Part shown: positions 29,014-42,600 of the stretch, one piece after another
Layout of the letters: every line of letters begins with the position of its first letter
How positions within the stretch are numbered: position 1 is the first letter of the stretch
Source of the DNA: the human T2T-CHM13v2.0 reference genome, Homo sapiens
Strand: one strand, 5' to 3'
Length of the DNA stretch: 64,000 bases
Assembly: GCF_009914755.1 (NCBI RefSeq)
Contig: NC_060935.1
Notes under the pieces: model-generated
Databases searched by the model: none
The model's input: the letters and a program-made list of their open reading frames with translations, nothing else
What the model was told of the DNA's origin: nothing
Program-made: the position numbers and the translations under genes

Positions 29014-29904
29014 TCACTCTGGCTGTAATGTGGAGGATGGTGGCCCTGACACAGGCTGGAGGCACGAAGGCACCTGCTGAGCCTGGCAGTGATCCTGCCA
29101 AAAGAGCCAGGCACCGGGGTACAGAGGGGAGTGTGGGCCCAGAAGCACAAAGGAGGTAGAATCGCAGGACACCTAGGGGCTGGTGGATGTGGGTGGTGGG
29201 TGGTGGGTGGAAGGCAGGTGTTTACGTGAGGCTCAGATTCTTCATTCGGGGCAGTTTGGAGTCAATTACCAAGACACTGGAGATGGGAGGACCAGATTGC
29301 AGAAGAAGGTGACGGATTCAGTTCCATTTTAGACTGGTTGGCTTTGAAGTGACTGAGGGATATCTATGTGGAATTGAGTGCACACACCCAGAGCCCAGGA
29401 TAGAGACAAGTGGTGGGGCTGGGGATTTTGAAATTAGGGCAAGTAGGGGGCACAGGGGCTTTAATGAGCTCCCCTCGAAAGAATGTTTAACGCGACCAAA
29501 GAGAAGCTGATGACGGAGCGCTGAGAACCGTGCACGCTGGGGCCTGAGTCCACAAAAGAGATCAGGAGAAACAGCCACGGGTAGCACAGCCAGGAGAGAG
29601 GTTGCTCAGAAACCCAGGTAGAATGGGGGATAGTCCATGGTGGAAAACGCTGTAGTAAGTACAGTAAGAGTCATACAGTGTCTAGTGGATTTGGCCACTG
29701 GGAGGTCATTGGTGCTCTTCCTGGGTGTGGGAAGGAGGTGACTGCCATAGCAGAAGAGCATTGGACAGGTCCAGAGGGGACATGGGGACAGGCAGATGGC
29801 CTCTGCAGCCCAGCTGAGGAGAGACCAGGAAAACCCCTGGGAGCAGAGGCAGAGGTTTGAGGGAGCACTTCCCAATGGGGGACACTCAGCAGGGATGAAG
29901 AGGT

Positions 29905-30015
29905 TAGGGTGACCAACCATCCTGGTTTGCCCAGCTCTGCGGAACTTCCTGAGATACGAGACTTCAGTGCTAAACCCAGGATGATCCCGGGCAAACCTGA
30001 TGGTTGGTTGCCCTA
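29905..30015. mobile_element. MER81-like hAT-Blackjack MITE
   Basis: Terminal inverted repeats TAGGGTGACCAACCATC...GATGGTTGGTTGCCCTA; ~111 bp; degenerate 8-bp flanks GAAGAGGT/GGAGAGTT. Confidence 0.8.
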
Positions 30016-30034
30016 GGAGAGTTTACTCCCTGCA

Positions 30035-30223
30035 GTAAGCTGGCCGGTATTCAACAGCGGGCTCTCCTGGGGGAAGCCCTGACTTGTAGGGTTTGCTGAT
30101 TTCCACGGTGTAAATACCATGGTCAATTTTAAGTTGCCAACGTGATGTCACTAAATACGGAGCTGGGAAGAGGTGTGTACGGCCCACTCTTGTGAGCCTG
30201 TCTGAGCAGGCTCCAGCACACCC
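30035..30223 (-). mobile_element. MER63-like hAT DNA transposon fragment
   Basis: GATTTCCACGGTGTAAATAC...CCAACGTGATGTCACT...GGCTCCAGCACACC match the recalled MER63 consensus in reverse. Confidence 0.7.
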
Positions 30224-31179
30224 GGGAGAGAGCCTGGTGGGTGGCAGATGGGGGTCCTGAGGAGGTGGGGGATCCAGGGAAGAACCTCCTGGGACCAGAG
30301 GGAAGAGGGAAGGGTGGGTTGCCTGCAGATCTTTGCAGGGAGGGTTGGGGAGGGCTTGGGGGCCTTGGTGGTCTCAAGGAAGGAAGAGGGGAGTGTGAAG
30401 GGGGAGGTAAGAGGGAGGGAGGGAAGGAGGGAAGAAGGAGTTTGGAAAAGCCTGTAAAAGGAGGGGGTAGGGAGCAGGCCGGGACCCCCACCCAGGATCC
30501 TGGAGCAGTGCTGAGGGCAGGGAGGTGACACTGTCCAGGCACCACACTTGTGGAACAGCCTAGAAGTGGGCATGTAGGAGGGAAGGAGCTGGCTAGGCAG
30601 GGTGTGTAGGGCAAGGTCACTAAAGGACAAAGGAGCAGGACAGCTCGGGATCCCGGTTCTACATCCCCCACCTCACAGGACTGTAGCGAGGATTAAATGA
30701 GTTAAAATGCATGAAACACTTACTACCTGAGCACGGGCAGTGGGCTAGCACATTAGTATTAGTATAGCAGCAACTGAGTGAACGTTGCATTTTTTATGTG
30801 TGTATCTGTGCACATTTGCATTGCTGCACCTATTCCTACCTTGCTCCCATGTAACATGCAGTCCTTAAGATATGAAAGTGACACTGTGCCTGCCTTCAGT
30901 CAGTAGGCATCACTGTACCTTTTCCAGGGTAGGTATACACGTGCATGAATACAGTCCCAACACGCTTCACTGGTTCCTCCTGGCCATCTCGCTGCATGTA
31001 TCTCATGCTGGGCCCAAGCCAGGGGTGGAAAAAGACGAGAAGATAGACACAGGTGAACTCTCATGTCAGGCTTAGGGGAGCAGTGGAAGATTATAAAGCC
31101 ATCCTTGAAGTATTGTGTGTAGCACTAAGAAGGTGAGAGGTGCCAAAAATCAAGTCAGGCAGATGTTTTCACAAAGAAC

Positions 31180-32260
31180 AGAAAGGTAGATTAAAAAGTA
31201 TTCTAAAGCAATAAGTGTTAGGCTATTTTCCTGCAACAATTCGAAAGAGTGTATGAAGCAGATGGTCCTGCAGCTCTGAGAACACAAAAGAGGAGCTCGC
31301 GGGGCTGGCAGCAGTTCCTGAAGGACAAGTTGGGCCCAAACCACCTCTTTTTCTCTGTTTCAAAAGCTTTCCGAGTCTATGTGTCTTAGCTGGGGGGTGT
31401 CTTAATTTCAGCGAGCCTTAAGCCAATGCCTGATGGTGTCTGTACAGAAAAGGTGAAAAGCTGTACATCGCCCTGGGCTGCAGACAGGTGGATGCGGAGC
31501 TGGTTGAACAATTGGACCTGGAACATTGATTACAGATTGGGGGGGCCTGGAGAGAGGTCACATTTATCTGTTTATTTATTCAGGTACTCGCTTAGTCACG
31601 TGACAGATATTAACCAAACCCTTCCTTTGGGTCTCTGGTGCCAGAGGGTGTCGTCCTTGGGCCTGTTCTGGTTGACGTATGTATTGATGGCTCAGGTGAG
31701 GAGGGAGAAGGTGGATTATCCAATTGATATGAGGCTCGGCAGGGAAAGAAGCTACCCTACCGGATGAGTGGGGAGTGATCAATAGGAAGAACAATGGACC
31801 CACACCAACAAGATGGAATTAACCACCAGCAAAGGAAGAGTCCTGCATCTAGAGTTCTAAAAAGTCAATTACGTAAACAGAGCGGGGGAGGCCTGATTGG
31901 CAGAGGACTTGGAGGCAGGCTGACCACCAGCTCTGCCCGGCCCAGACGCCTGCTGAGGAGGCGGCCAGGGGTTGAGGCCTAGGGCGTGCTCCCCATGCTC
32001 CACCCTGTGAGCATGTGCTCTGGGTGCACTGTGCCCAGTGCGTAGGGCCTCACTCTGAGACACGTTGATAAAGTCCACAGTTCTTTCGGAAGAGAGCTGG
32101 CAAGAGGGCAAGGGAGCCGAGACCTGTTTCCTGGGAGGTGTCCTCAAAAGACAGAGGACTCAGGGTAACTGATTCAAAGACTCCGAGGGCCACAGGAGAG
32201 CCTAGCTTATTTATGTTGCTGTTCCTTACTCTTTGCCTTCAACTAGTGGACATGCAGGAT
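31180..32260 (+). mobile_element. CR1/L3 LINE, decayed ORF2 reverse-transcriptase region
   Basis: Collinear peptides LNFS (31401), RWMRSWLNN (31486), VPEGVVLGPVLVDVCID (31638) and NKMELTTSKGRVLHL (31807) match CR1 RT motifs across frameshifts. Confidence 0.8.
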
Positions 32261-35200
32261 CCCTTGTCTCTTCCATGGTTGCATCGTCCTCTCTTGACCT
32301 GGTCCACAGGTTCTTTAGGAATGAGAGATTGGGAAGCATGAGAGCCTTGGGGTTGTGGTCAGAGGCGGAAACTCAGAGACGGAGATATTGGAACTCTGCA
32401 GAGGGCCTCAGCCTCTTAGGAAGCTTCAAAATCAAATCTACCATCCTTAATAGGGATGTCTCCTTCTCTTTATTGGGCATGAACAGAAGGCAGATAGATG
32501 GGTGTGTGCAAATGAGATCTCTGGGATCTTGCCAGGCAGCTTCTCTACTGCCTGGGGGAGTCCTACCTGGATGCCCACAGTGAAGGAAGCAAACACACAT
32601 GTCTCCTGGAAGCTCCCTGAAACCCTGAGGTGGAATTAATCATTCCTTCTTAGGCCTGCAGATGCTCTGCACCCGCCTATGTAGCGGGCGATCATGGTGC
32701 ACTGTGGACGGGCACGCGCCTTCCTCCTCGCCGCGCTGTGCAGCTTCCTTTACCTACAGCTTCAGTCTTGGCCCAGTGCCACCTGCAAAGTAGATGCTCA
32801 GTAATGAATGAGGGGATCTGTTGTAGAATAAATATATGTTCTTCTGTGAACAGGTTGGAACACATACTTGTTTGTTCTTAAAAAAAAAAAAAAGAAACCA
32901 ACAAACAAACCTTGAGTGAGTTTTCCTTGTGGAGAGGATAGACCTAGAGTGGAGGGCAGGGAAGTGTCTCTATCCTATGACAAGAAAAACCACATGGCAA
33001 GTCCGTGATGTATGGCCATGGCCAAGGTTTAAATAAAAATCTTTTCTTAGTTATTTAGCCTTAATAAACAAAAGTGTGTCACAGCCACAGACTTTCTTAT
33101 ATTGCACTTTCTAACGAGGACAGAAGTCTTTCCTTAGGAATACGAAGATGCTTGCTTTCCGGCCTGACCTGCTCACGGCCTCTGGAGCGGCACGCATCCC
33201 ATCCCTCCCGCTGTGTGCTTGTCCCCAGGACGAGGCTGCTTTCCAAGACAGGGCCGCGCATCACTTGGGCGTCAGGGCAGTGGGAGAGGACCTGTTTCTG
33301 GAGATGGCACCTCCTCCTGGGGAAGAAAGAGGGGAGAACAGTAGTTGACTACAGGTGGGGAACTTCAGGGAACTCAAAAATGTCCAGGCGACCCCCAACC
33401 CCTGCTCCACCAAAGTGTCTGATTCCCTCCCCAGGGGGTGTACATTGTAAAAGGCCTCCTCTCCCAGCACAGGCACATCCAGCCATTCCAAATCCTTGAG
33501 ACTTAACATTCCAAGCAGATTTCCCTTTCCTTTCTCCGTGAGTTAGAATCAATTTTCACATTAGTAATGAAATTGCATGTATTGCATTAGCCATTATCAT
33601 TGGCTTCCTGGCCGCTTACGGCTGGCTGGGCAGACTGCCTCGGGTCCCTTCTCTGCCTGAAGTGCAGAGACGGGCCATGTTCTCAGGGTTGCTGCTGGTC
33701 TGAGATCTTGAAACTGGCAGCCCTCCTGGGTAACTACCTATCTGTCCTCAGAGGAGGAAGAGGTCAGGAAAAGGAAAGGGCTGGGTTTCTGCATTGGCAA
33801 ACCAATGCAACATATTGACAAGGAAGTCTGTAGGGTGACTCTGCTGATGCCAGGCTGGGGGCTCAGGGCTCTAACTGTATTTCAGGAATGACTGGCATCT
33901 TCCCAAGGGAAGTGCCAGAGAGAAGGCCTAGTGTCCTTGCTGAGCCAGGGACCAGATTAGACATTTCTCCTCTCTTCACTCTCCAGGTTGGGAAATTCTG
34001 TATGAGAGAAGAAAAGTGGTGCTGACCACCTGCCCCCAAAGCTTCTTGGGTGTACCCAAGGCCAGGGCCACCTCCAAAGCAAGTGAGAGGCACCCAGCCG
34101 AGACTGCAGCTGGGGGGAACTCTCTAAGATTTCGGAGGCAGCACAGGGAACACTCTATTAGGGGAAGGTACCCCTCAAAGGGACCAGCTTGCTCCCTGTG
34201 GGAGGAGAGGACAGCCTCTTTGGTGATGCTGGGTGGTTTTGGGGGGCCTGTGGGACAGTCCTGGGCCTGTTACCCAACTTGTGTTTCCTCTGTCCTCAAG
34301 AGCTTCTGAAGAACAGGCCTGGCGAAGAACAGGTCTGGCAAATCCCAGGGCAGACCCCCGAGGGTGAGCCGGGAGCATCTTTAACTACAAATGATAACGA
34401 TCCCTTATGTTCGTATCCACTTCGTAATAGGTCACAAAAGGAACCACTTGTGCGAACATGATCTTATTTGCTTTTCACAACCACATGATGAAAATAAGCA
34501 CTATTTTCCCCTTTGCAGATGGACTCCCAAGTTCAGTGCTCTTCCCAGGACACACAGCTGCCCCATGTGGCCATCGGCTGTGAAGGAAGCTGGCCAGGGA
34601 GTTAATTAGTATTTTAGGTTCAACAAATCTTATTTGATCTGGAGTTTAATTTGAATGGCCATCAGCAAAGTTATTGCCATTACCAATATGTCTTTAAACT
34701 GGTTAAATATTTGAAGCCATGTCAGCATCTCCCAGCTGAACAGAGTCACCAAACACACAAGCAAAACGCCTCCATTGGGGGCTGGACGGTGGGTTTCTGC
34801 AAAGAAAATGTGTGCCAGGATGGCTTAATGGAGCTCCTGGAGGGCTAAATAGGCAGCCAGATAAAGGGAAACAGCAGCTATAATCTGTTTGGCTTTCAAA
34901 GGCCTTTTCAAGGTTACCCACCAAATGCAATGTTAAAATAATTGAGTTATCACGGGGCTGGGGCTAGGACTTTGTCACAGTGGAGAAGCTGTTTGTGACA
35001 GGCAGCGAATCGTGGGAGTTATTGGACCAAGAAGGGAGTGTTTCCTGGGCTGGGGCTGGGCCTAGGTTTATTGAGCATGTATATAAATGACAAGAAAGGT
35101 GCTCACAAGGTGACTGCCAGGTTTGCAGGAGGCTCTTCCAGGTCTCTAGGGAGACACCATAGAAAGGCTTCACAGTCCTGGGCAAGCAGCCAGGTAAGAG

Positions 35201-35354
35201 GAGGGCAGCTTGGATGTGGGAAAGTGCATGGAGATGCTTTTAGGGTTTAATCATTCAAACCACAGAGCGCAGGGTCTGAGCCATCTGACAGGTCTGGCAA
35301 AGGGACAGGGGCATATTACCAGGGTGTCTTCCTTAGGATCCTCATGGGAGCTTA

Positions 35355-35694
<340 letters not shown>

Positions 35695-35858
35695 TGAGGC
35701 TCACTAACACCCAGGGGATCATTGGTAGAGTTGAGGGGTGGGAAGCTTCCTGAGTTATATGCAAAGATGTGAGTACAGTATAGGCATTTTTGGGTACAAG
35801 GACAATAGCTTGCATCAGATTTTCAAAGAGGACTTTGGACTCAAAAAATATCAAGAAC

Positions 35859-36012
35859 AGCCAGGCACGGTGGCTCATGCCTGTAATCCCAGCACTTTGG
35901 GAAGCTGAGGTGGGAGGATCTCTTGAGCCTGGGAGTTGAAGAGCTGTGATCACAAATCATTGCATTCCAGCCTGGGTGAGAGTGAGACCCGGTCTCTTAA
36001 AAACAAAACAAA
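35859..36012 (+). mobile_element. Alu monomer (FRAM/AluJ-type)
   Basis: Single ~150-bp arm with A tail; AAGAACAGC on both flanks. Confidence 0.8.
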
Positions 36013-36526
36013 GAACAGCTGTTTGTCTGCTACACGTGGCCCTCTCCAACCTGCCCCAGCCTCTCTCTCCAGCATATTTTTACCACATACTGCCCTGCAG
36101 CCTGGGGCCCTGCCCCTGGACTGAGGCGCAGCTACCGGAATGTGCTGTGCTAGTTCACACATCTGGGCCCTTGCCGGTGCAGCTCTGTCTTTACCTCCTT
36201 ACCCACCTGCTGAACTCCTGCTCATCCTCTAAGACCCAGCTCAAGTCTTTGCTGATCCATCCCCTCAGAGCAGAGCTGATTGCCCCCTCCTTTGAGCCAG
36301 CATCACACTTTGAACAGTTATATTGGAGCACTTATCACGGTGTGTTGAAACTATTTATTCCTGTGTCAGTTTCGCCCAGAAGATTAGGTACTTCTTAAGG
36401 GCAGGAGCTGTCCTATCTATTTCTGAGTAAGCCTTTTGAGTAAGTCTTCAATAACATTTGTCAGTTGACCTGGATAAGCTGTTGCAACCAAAAAGGCCAT
36501 AACAGGTAGGTGTCAGGAAAAATACT

Positions 36527-36816
36527 CTTTTTTTTTTTCTGAGGTAGCGCCTTGCTCTGTCGTCCAGGGTGGAGTGCAGTGGTGTGACCATGGCTCACTG
36601 CAGCCTCGACCTCCTGGGCTCAAGTGATCTCTCATCTCAGCCTTTCAAGTAGCTGGGACTACAGGTGTGCCATCACGCCTGGCTAATTTTAGTATTTTTT
36701 TTGTAGAGACAGGGTTTTGCCATGTTGCTTAGGCTGGTCTTGAACAGGCTTAAGCAATCTGCCTGCCTTGATTTCCCAAAGTGTTGAGATTACAGGCATG
36801 AGCCACTGCGCCTGGC
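36527..36816 (-). mobile_element. AluJ
   Basis: CTCCTGGGCTCAAGTGATC J-type sequence; flanks AAAAATACTCTT / AAAAATACCCTT. Confidence 0.9.
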
Positions 36817-38150
36817 CAAAAAAATACCCTTGAGAAGATAAACGGAAAGGTATCCTATATTTTGGAAGATATCCCATGGATTAGAAGAATTAATATTGTC
36901 AAAATGTCTATACTACTCAAAGTGATTTACAGATTTAATGTAATCCATATCAAAATTCCAAAGGCATTTGTTTTTACAGAAAGAGAAAAAAAAACCCTAA
37001 AATTCATATGGAGCCATAAAATACCTCAAATAGCCAAAACAGTCTTAAACAAAGTTGGAGACATCATACTTCCTGATTTCAAACTATATTACAAAGCTGT
37101 AGTAATTAAAACAATATGGTACTGGCATAAAAACACACATAGACCAATGGAACAGAATAGAGAGCCCAGAAATAAATCCACACATATGTGGTCAACTAAT
37201 CTTCATCAGAGGCACAAGAATACACAGTGAAGAAGGACAGTCTCTTCAATAAATGGTGTGGGGAAAACTGGATATTCACATGCAAAAGAATGAAATTGGA
37301 CCTATATCTTATGCCATACCTAAAAATTAACTGAAAATGGATTAATGACTTAAACATAATACCTGAAATCATAAAAATCCTAAAAGAAAACATAGGGAAA
37401 ATGGTCCTTCACATTAGTCTTGCCAGTGATTTTTTGGGTATGATGCCAAAAGCATATGCACCAAAAGCAAAAATAAACAAGTGGAACTACATCAAACAAG
37501 AAAGCTTCTGCACAGCCAAGGGAACAATCAACAAAATGAAAAGGCAACGTATGTCATGGGAGAAAATATTTGCAAGCCATATATTTGATAAGGGATTAAC
37601 ATCCAAAATATATAAGGAACTCCTACAACTTCACAGCAAAATAACAACCCAATTAAAAAATGGGCAGAGGATCTGAATAGACATTTCTCCAAAGACACAT
37701 AAATAACCAACAGGTATATGAAGAGATGCTCAACATTGCTAATCACCAGGGAAACACACATGAAAACCACAATGAGATGACATTTCACAAGAGTTAGGAT
37801 GGCCATAATAAAAAAAGACAGAAGATAACAAATACTGGTGAGGATGTGGAGAAAAGAAGACCTTTTTATGGCTGCTTTTCAGCAAAGGACTGTAAAGAGG
37901 AAACTGAAGACCTAGGGGAAGGGGAAACTGAGGCATGTTGAGCACAGCCTAGGCTCCCAGCATATGCTTTTTATGGTCCATTGTTACAACAACCCTGTGC
38001 TGCAGGGTTCCTGCTTTCTCTAATTTGTGAATGGGGAAACTGAGGCAGGGAGCTTGCACAGCTGGCTGAAAGCCTCATAGCTGGTACAAGTGTACCCCCG
38101 TACACTGTTGGTGGGAATGTAAATTGGTAGTCATTATGGAAAACAGTATG

Positions 38151-38320
38151 GGGTGGGAGGAGGGATAGGAGCGGAAAAAACTATTGAGTACTAGGCTTAG
38201 TACCTGGGTGATGAAATAATCTGTACATCAAACCCTGTGACATGTATTTACCTGTATAATAAACCTGCACATGTACCCCTGAACCTAAAAGTTAAAACAA
38301 CAAAAACAAAAACAAAAAAA
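38151..38320 (+). mobile_element. Short 3' end of a younger L1P element nested in the L1M
   Basis: GGCTTAGTACCTGGGTGATGAAATAATCTGTACA...AAACCTGCACATGTACCCCTGAACCTAAAA plus A tail. Confidence 0.8.
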
Positions 38321-38323
38321 CTA

Positions 38324-38635
<312 letters not shown>

Positions 38636-39353
38636 TTAAAAATAGAACTACCATACAAGCCAGTAATCCCACTTCTGGGTATTTATCCAAAGGGATTGAA
38701 ATCAGGATCTTGAAGAGATATCTACATTCCCATGTGCATTGCAGCACTAGTCACAATAGCCAAGAGAGTGTTCCTCTTGGAAGAATGGAATCCAGAATAT
38801 GTGGTCCACACATACAGTGAATATTATTCAGCCTTAATAAAGAAGAAGATCCTACCTTTGCAAAAACGTGGATGAACCTGGAGGACAGTGTGCTAAGTGA
38901 AATAAGCCAGGTACAGAAAGACAAATATTGTATGATCTCACTTACATGTGGAATCTAAAATAGCTCACAGAAGCAGAGGGTAGAATGATGGTTGTCAGGG
39001 GCTGGTGGGGAGGGGAAATGAGTTGTTGGTCAGAGGGCACAAAGCTTCAGCTATGCAAGGCGAGTCAGTTCTGGCGAGCTGCGCTGCATAGTGCCCATAG
39101 CTAACAATACTGTGTTCTATACTTAGAATTTGCAGAGAGGATGGATCTGATAGTAAGCGTTCTTACCATACACATATGAAAATAGTTATAAAGAGGGTGA
39201 GAGAAACTGTGGGAGCTGATGGATGTGTCTGTGGCCTTGGTGGTGATAGTAGTTTCACCAGTGTATACTTGTCCCCAAACTCATCAAGTTGTATACATTA
39301 AATATGTATGGTCTTTTACATGTCAATCATACCTTAACAAAGTGGTTAAATAA

Positions 39354-39639
<286 letters not shown>

Positions 39640-42600
39640 TAAAGAGTACTATTTGTTTTCAACCTGGACATTTCAGCACAGCTGTTATTAGGAAGTTGTG
39701 TCCCTCCACCCCCTACCTTGTGATGTTTCCTAGGGTTGAGTTACCACGGGGACATGGAAAGGAGGTGTCTTGTGGGTCATCAGAGCTCTGGTCCTAATGT
39801 ACATGTGAGAGGTTAAGGCTGGATAAGGAGGGTTAGAAAGAATCAACAGAGATTCTTCAGTGGATTCATTGAAGCCATATTTGTCCTTTTCCACTAAGGG
39901 ACCATAAGATGAAACTGAAGACCTAGGGGCAAGGGGACCTGAGGCTTGTTGAGCACAGCCCGGACTCCCAGGGTGCGCTCAGTGTGGTCCACTGTCACAA
40001 CAACCGTGTGCTGCAGGGTTCCCGCTTTCTCTAATTTGTGAATGGGGAAACTGAGGCAGGGAGCTTACGCAGCTGACTGAAGGCCTCACAGCTGGCCAGA
40101 GGCCAGCTGTGAACAAACCAGGGGACATACAGGCCTGGCCCGCGGGGTCACTGGCCGGTTTCCTGTGGCTCTCTGCAGGGTTCCCACTGTTCAGCCACAG
40201 CTTTGAGCCCTTTTGTGCATCTCTTACTACACGTCCTTATGTAGTCAAACCAGAAATGGAGCTCTTTCCCTCAAAACTGCCTTATCTCTAGTCGTTAAGG
40301 GTGTTCATTTGGCTGAAACTATATTAAGTGAATTTAATTGAAGGTTATTTTCCTAAGATACATTTTTTTCTTGTTATAAAGTGATATGTGCTCATTGAAG
40401 AGAGTTTAAAAAATACAGTGAGGCAAATGTAAGAGGGTGGAAATTGCCAACAATCCTACCATGTAGCCCACTATCAATAACAATAGTAACTGGCATGGAA
40501 TGAGTAATTGCCGTATTGTAGTAAGCACTATTCGAGGTGTTTTGACGTACGATTATTATTAACCATTCTTTTGTGTATGAGGAAAACAGACTCAGGGACG
40601 TTAAGTAACTTGGCAGAGGTCACACAGCGAAGAAGTGATGAGATTTTAATATGCACCATTTGACTCTAGGGCCCAGGCTCTTAACTACCTCTGTCTTGTG
40701 TGAAACAACAGTGGCAATGGATTTTGAATGAAAGGGAGGAGAACTGTTGATTGAGTTTCACCTGCCCTGGAATCCAGAAATCTTGATTATAATGGTCAGG
40801 TAGGGAGCACCAGTTTTAGGGATCTTTGGATAACAACACCTAGACGTTCTTTAACTCAGGCTTGATAAAGACTGAGAAGGAGTTACTGAGAACTGCGGAG
40901 GCCTGTGCTGTGCACTGAGTGCTTTCCTGCATGTTTTCAGACAGAGCCAAGGGTGGCACCCAGGCTCCACCCTTCCTGCTCTGACCAGATGGCTTCACAT
41001 CTCTCCTGACTTCTGCTTTGTGGGTTGGTGCCCCTCGGTGTGGCTGGGTACCCTCGGTTTCTCCCCTTCGTGTCTCTGTGGCCCATGACCAAAGAATCCG
41101 TGGTCTTTGTGGGTGGGTCAGGTGTTGGCCCTGAGGTACAGCCGTTCTCTGTAGGGCTGCATCCTCCAAGGGGGAACCCCTGTGTGGAGGAGACAGGAGA
41201 TTTTAGCAGCAGGGACCCTCCTTGCAAACCAGCCCTTGCAGCGTTGGTGCTGCTGTTCCTGTTGAATTGGTTCGCCCCCAGTTGCTGTGGGTTTGCTCCT
41301 GCAGTCTCCCTTGCAGTCCTGGGTTAGTTCTCAGGACTGCACCTTGAGGGAGATGGGCCAAAATGAGATCTGGTCCGGAAAAGTGGTCAGGGGCATTTTT
41401 CAGTTGGGAAAGATTCTCTCTGGAATGGCAAAGGACTTCTCAAGGGACCGCGCCTGCCTGTGTCCTTCTAGGTGGTGGAGACTGCACCTGCTGGGCTAGG
41501 GCGACATGGTTTCTGTGCCTGCCCCTGCAACAGCCTGATTCTTTCTCCCTAGAGATCCACCTAGAGGAAGGGGGATGCAGTCCGCATGGGAGTCCAGCAC
41601 TGTGAGAGGGCTGCTCATAGCATATCCCCATGGGAGTCTTGCCCCACAGAGTGTGTCCAAGGTGAAGGATGGAGTCTAGGGAACGTGCAGTATGTGGAGA
41701 GGACCTGGGACATGCTTCTGGCTCAGCTCCCTCATTAGCCTTGAGTTATTTAGTATGTCACTCCCGTTCCTGAGTCACACATGCTCCGCCCACCTCCTGA
41801 AGTCCCCTCCCACTGTGTGGCTACTAGGAGTAAGGATGGAATTTGTGGGGAACTTCAGGCCCAGAACTGGGCATGAAATGGAAATGCAAGATGATGATTC
41901 ATAATTTTGCTAGAGAAACCAAATACGGCTTTGCTTCCTCTCTAATCCCAACAGGTTCTGGGGCTGAGCGCAGCTTAAGAACAGCAAGGTCGGGGGGTTG
42001 GCATTGCCTGACTGTCCAGCTTAAGCCTCGTGCATGCAGAGCTCCACGTACCTCCCCGGCACCCTGCCCCTTGGGCTCTGGCAGCGCTTCCTCCACATTC
42101 TCCTGTCTTGTGTGCCTCAGTTCCTTTGCGTGGACAGTCCCTTCGACTTGAAGTCCCCTTCCCTCTCTTCCCTCCACTCATCCTCAGGAGCCAGCTCAGT
42201 GGCCATTCCTTCCACAGTGCCTCTCCTGGGAGCCTGTCCTGGACACACTCACCCTTCTCTCTGCCTCCAGGGTACCCTGGGCACTCCTCTATCGTGGCTC
42301 TTGGCATCTTAGATTTTGAGCTCCCAAAGGCCAGAGACCTTGCCTTGGGCATCTGTGGATGTCTCGCCCCTAGCACGCAGTGACCTCAGCCGGTGGGCGA
42401 GTGTCTGCACGAGCGGAGTACAGAGGGATGAGTGAATAGCGTGGTGAGATGGAGCTGGGCTCCTTTAGACTCTGGTCGGCGGTGACCACATGCTCACACA
42501 GGCATAAAATCTCACCGACACCTTCAAGGCAGCAGTCAGATAAGGGGAGGGAGGAAGGTGTTTGAGGGGTTGGCACCAGAGGAGCCAAGCAGGGAAGGCT

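Noticed and set aside
36862-37676. ORFs with real protein similarity
   Set aside because: Frameshifted L1 ORF2 remnants, not a host gene.
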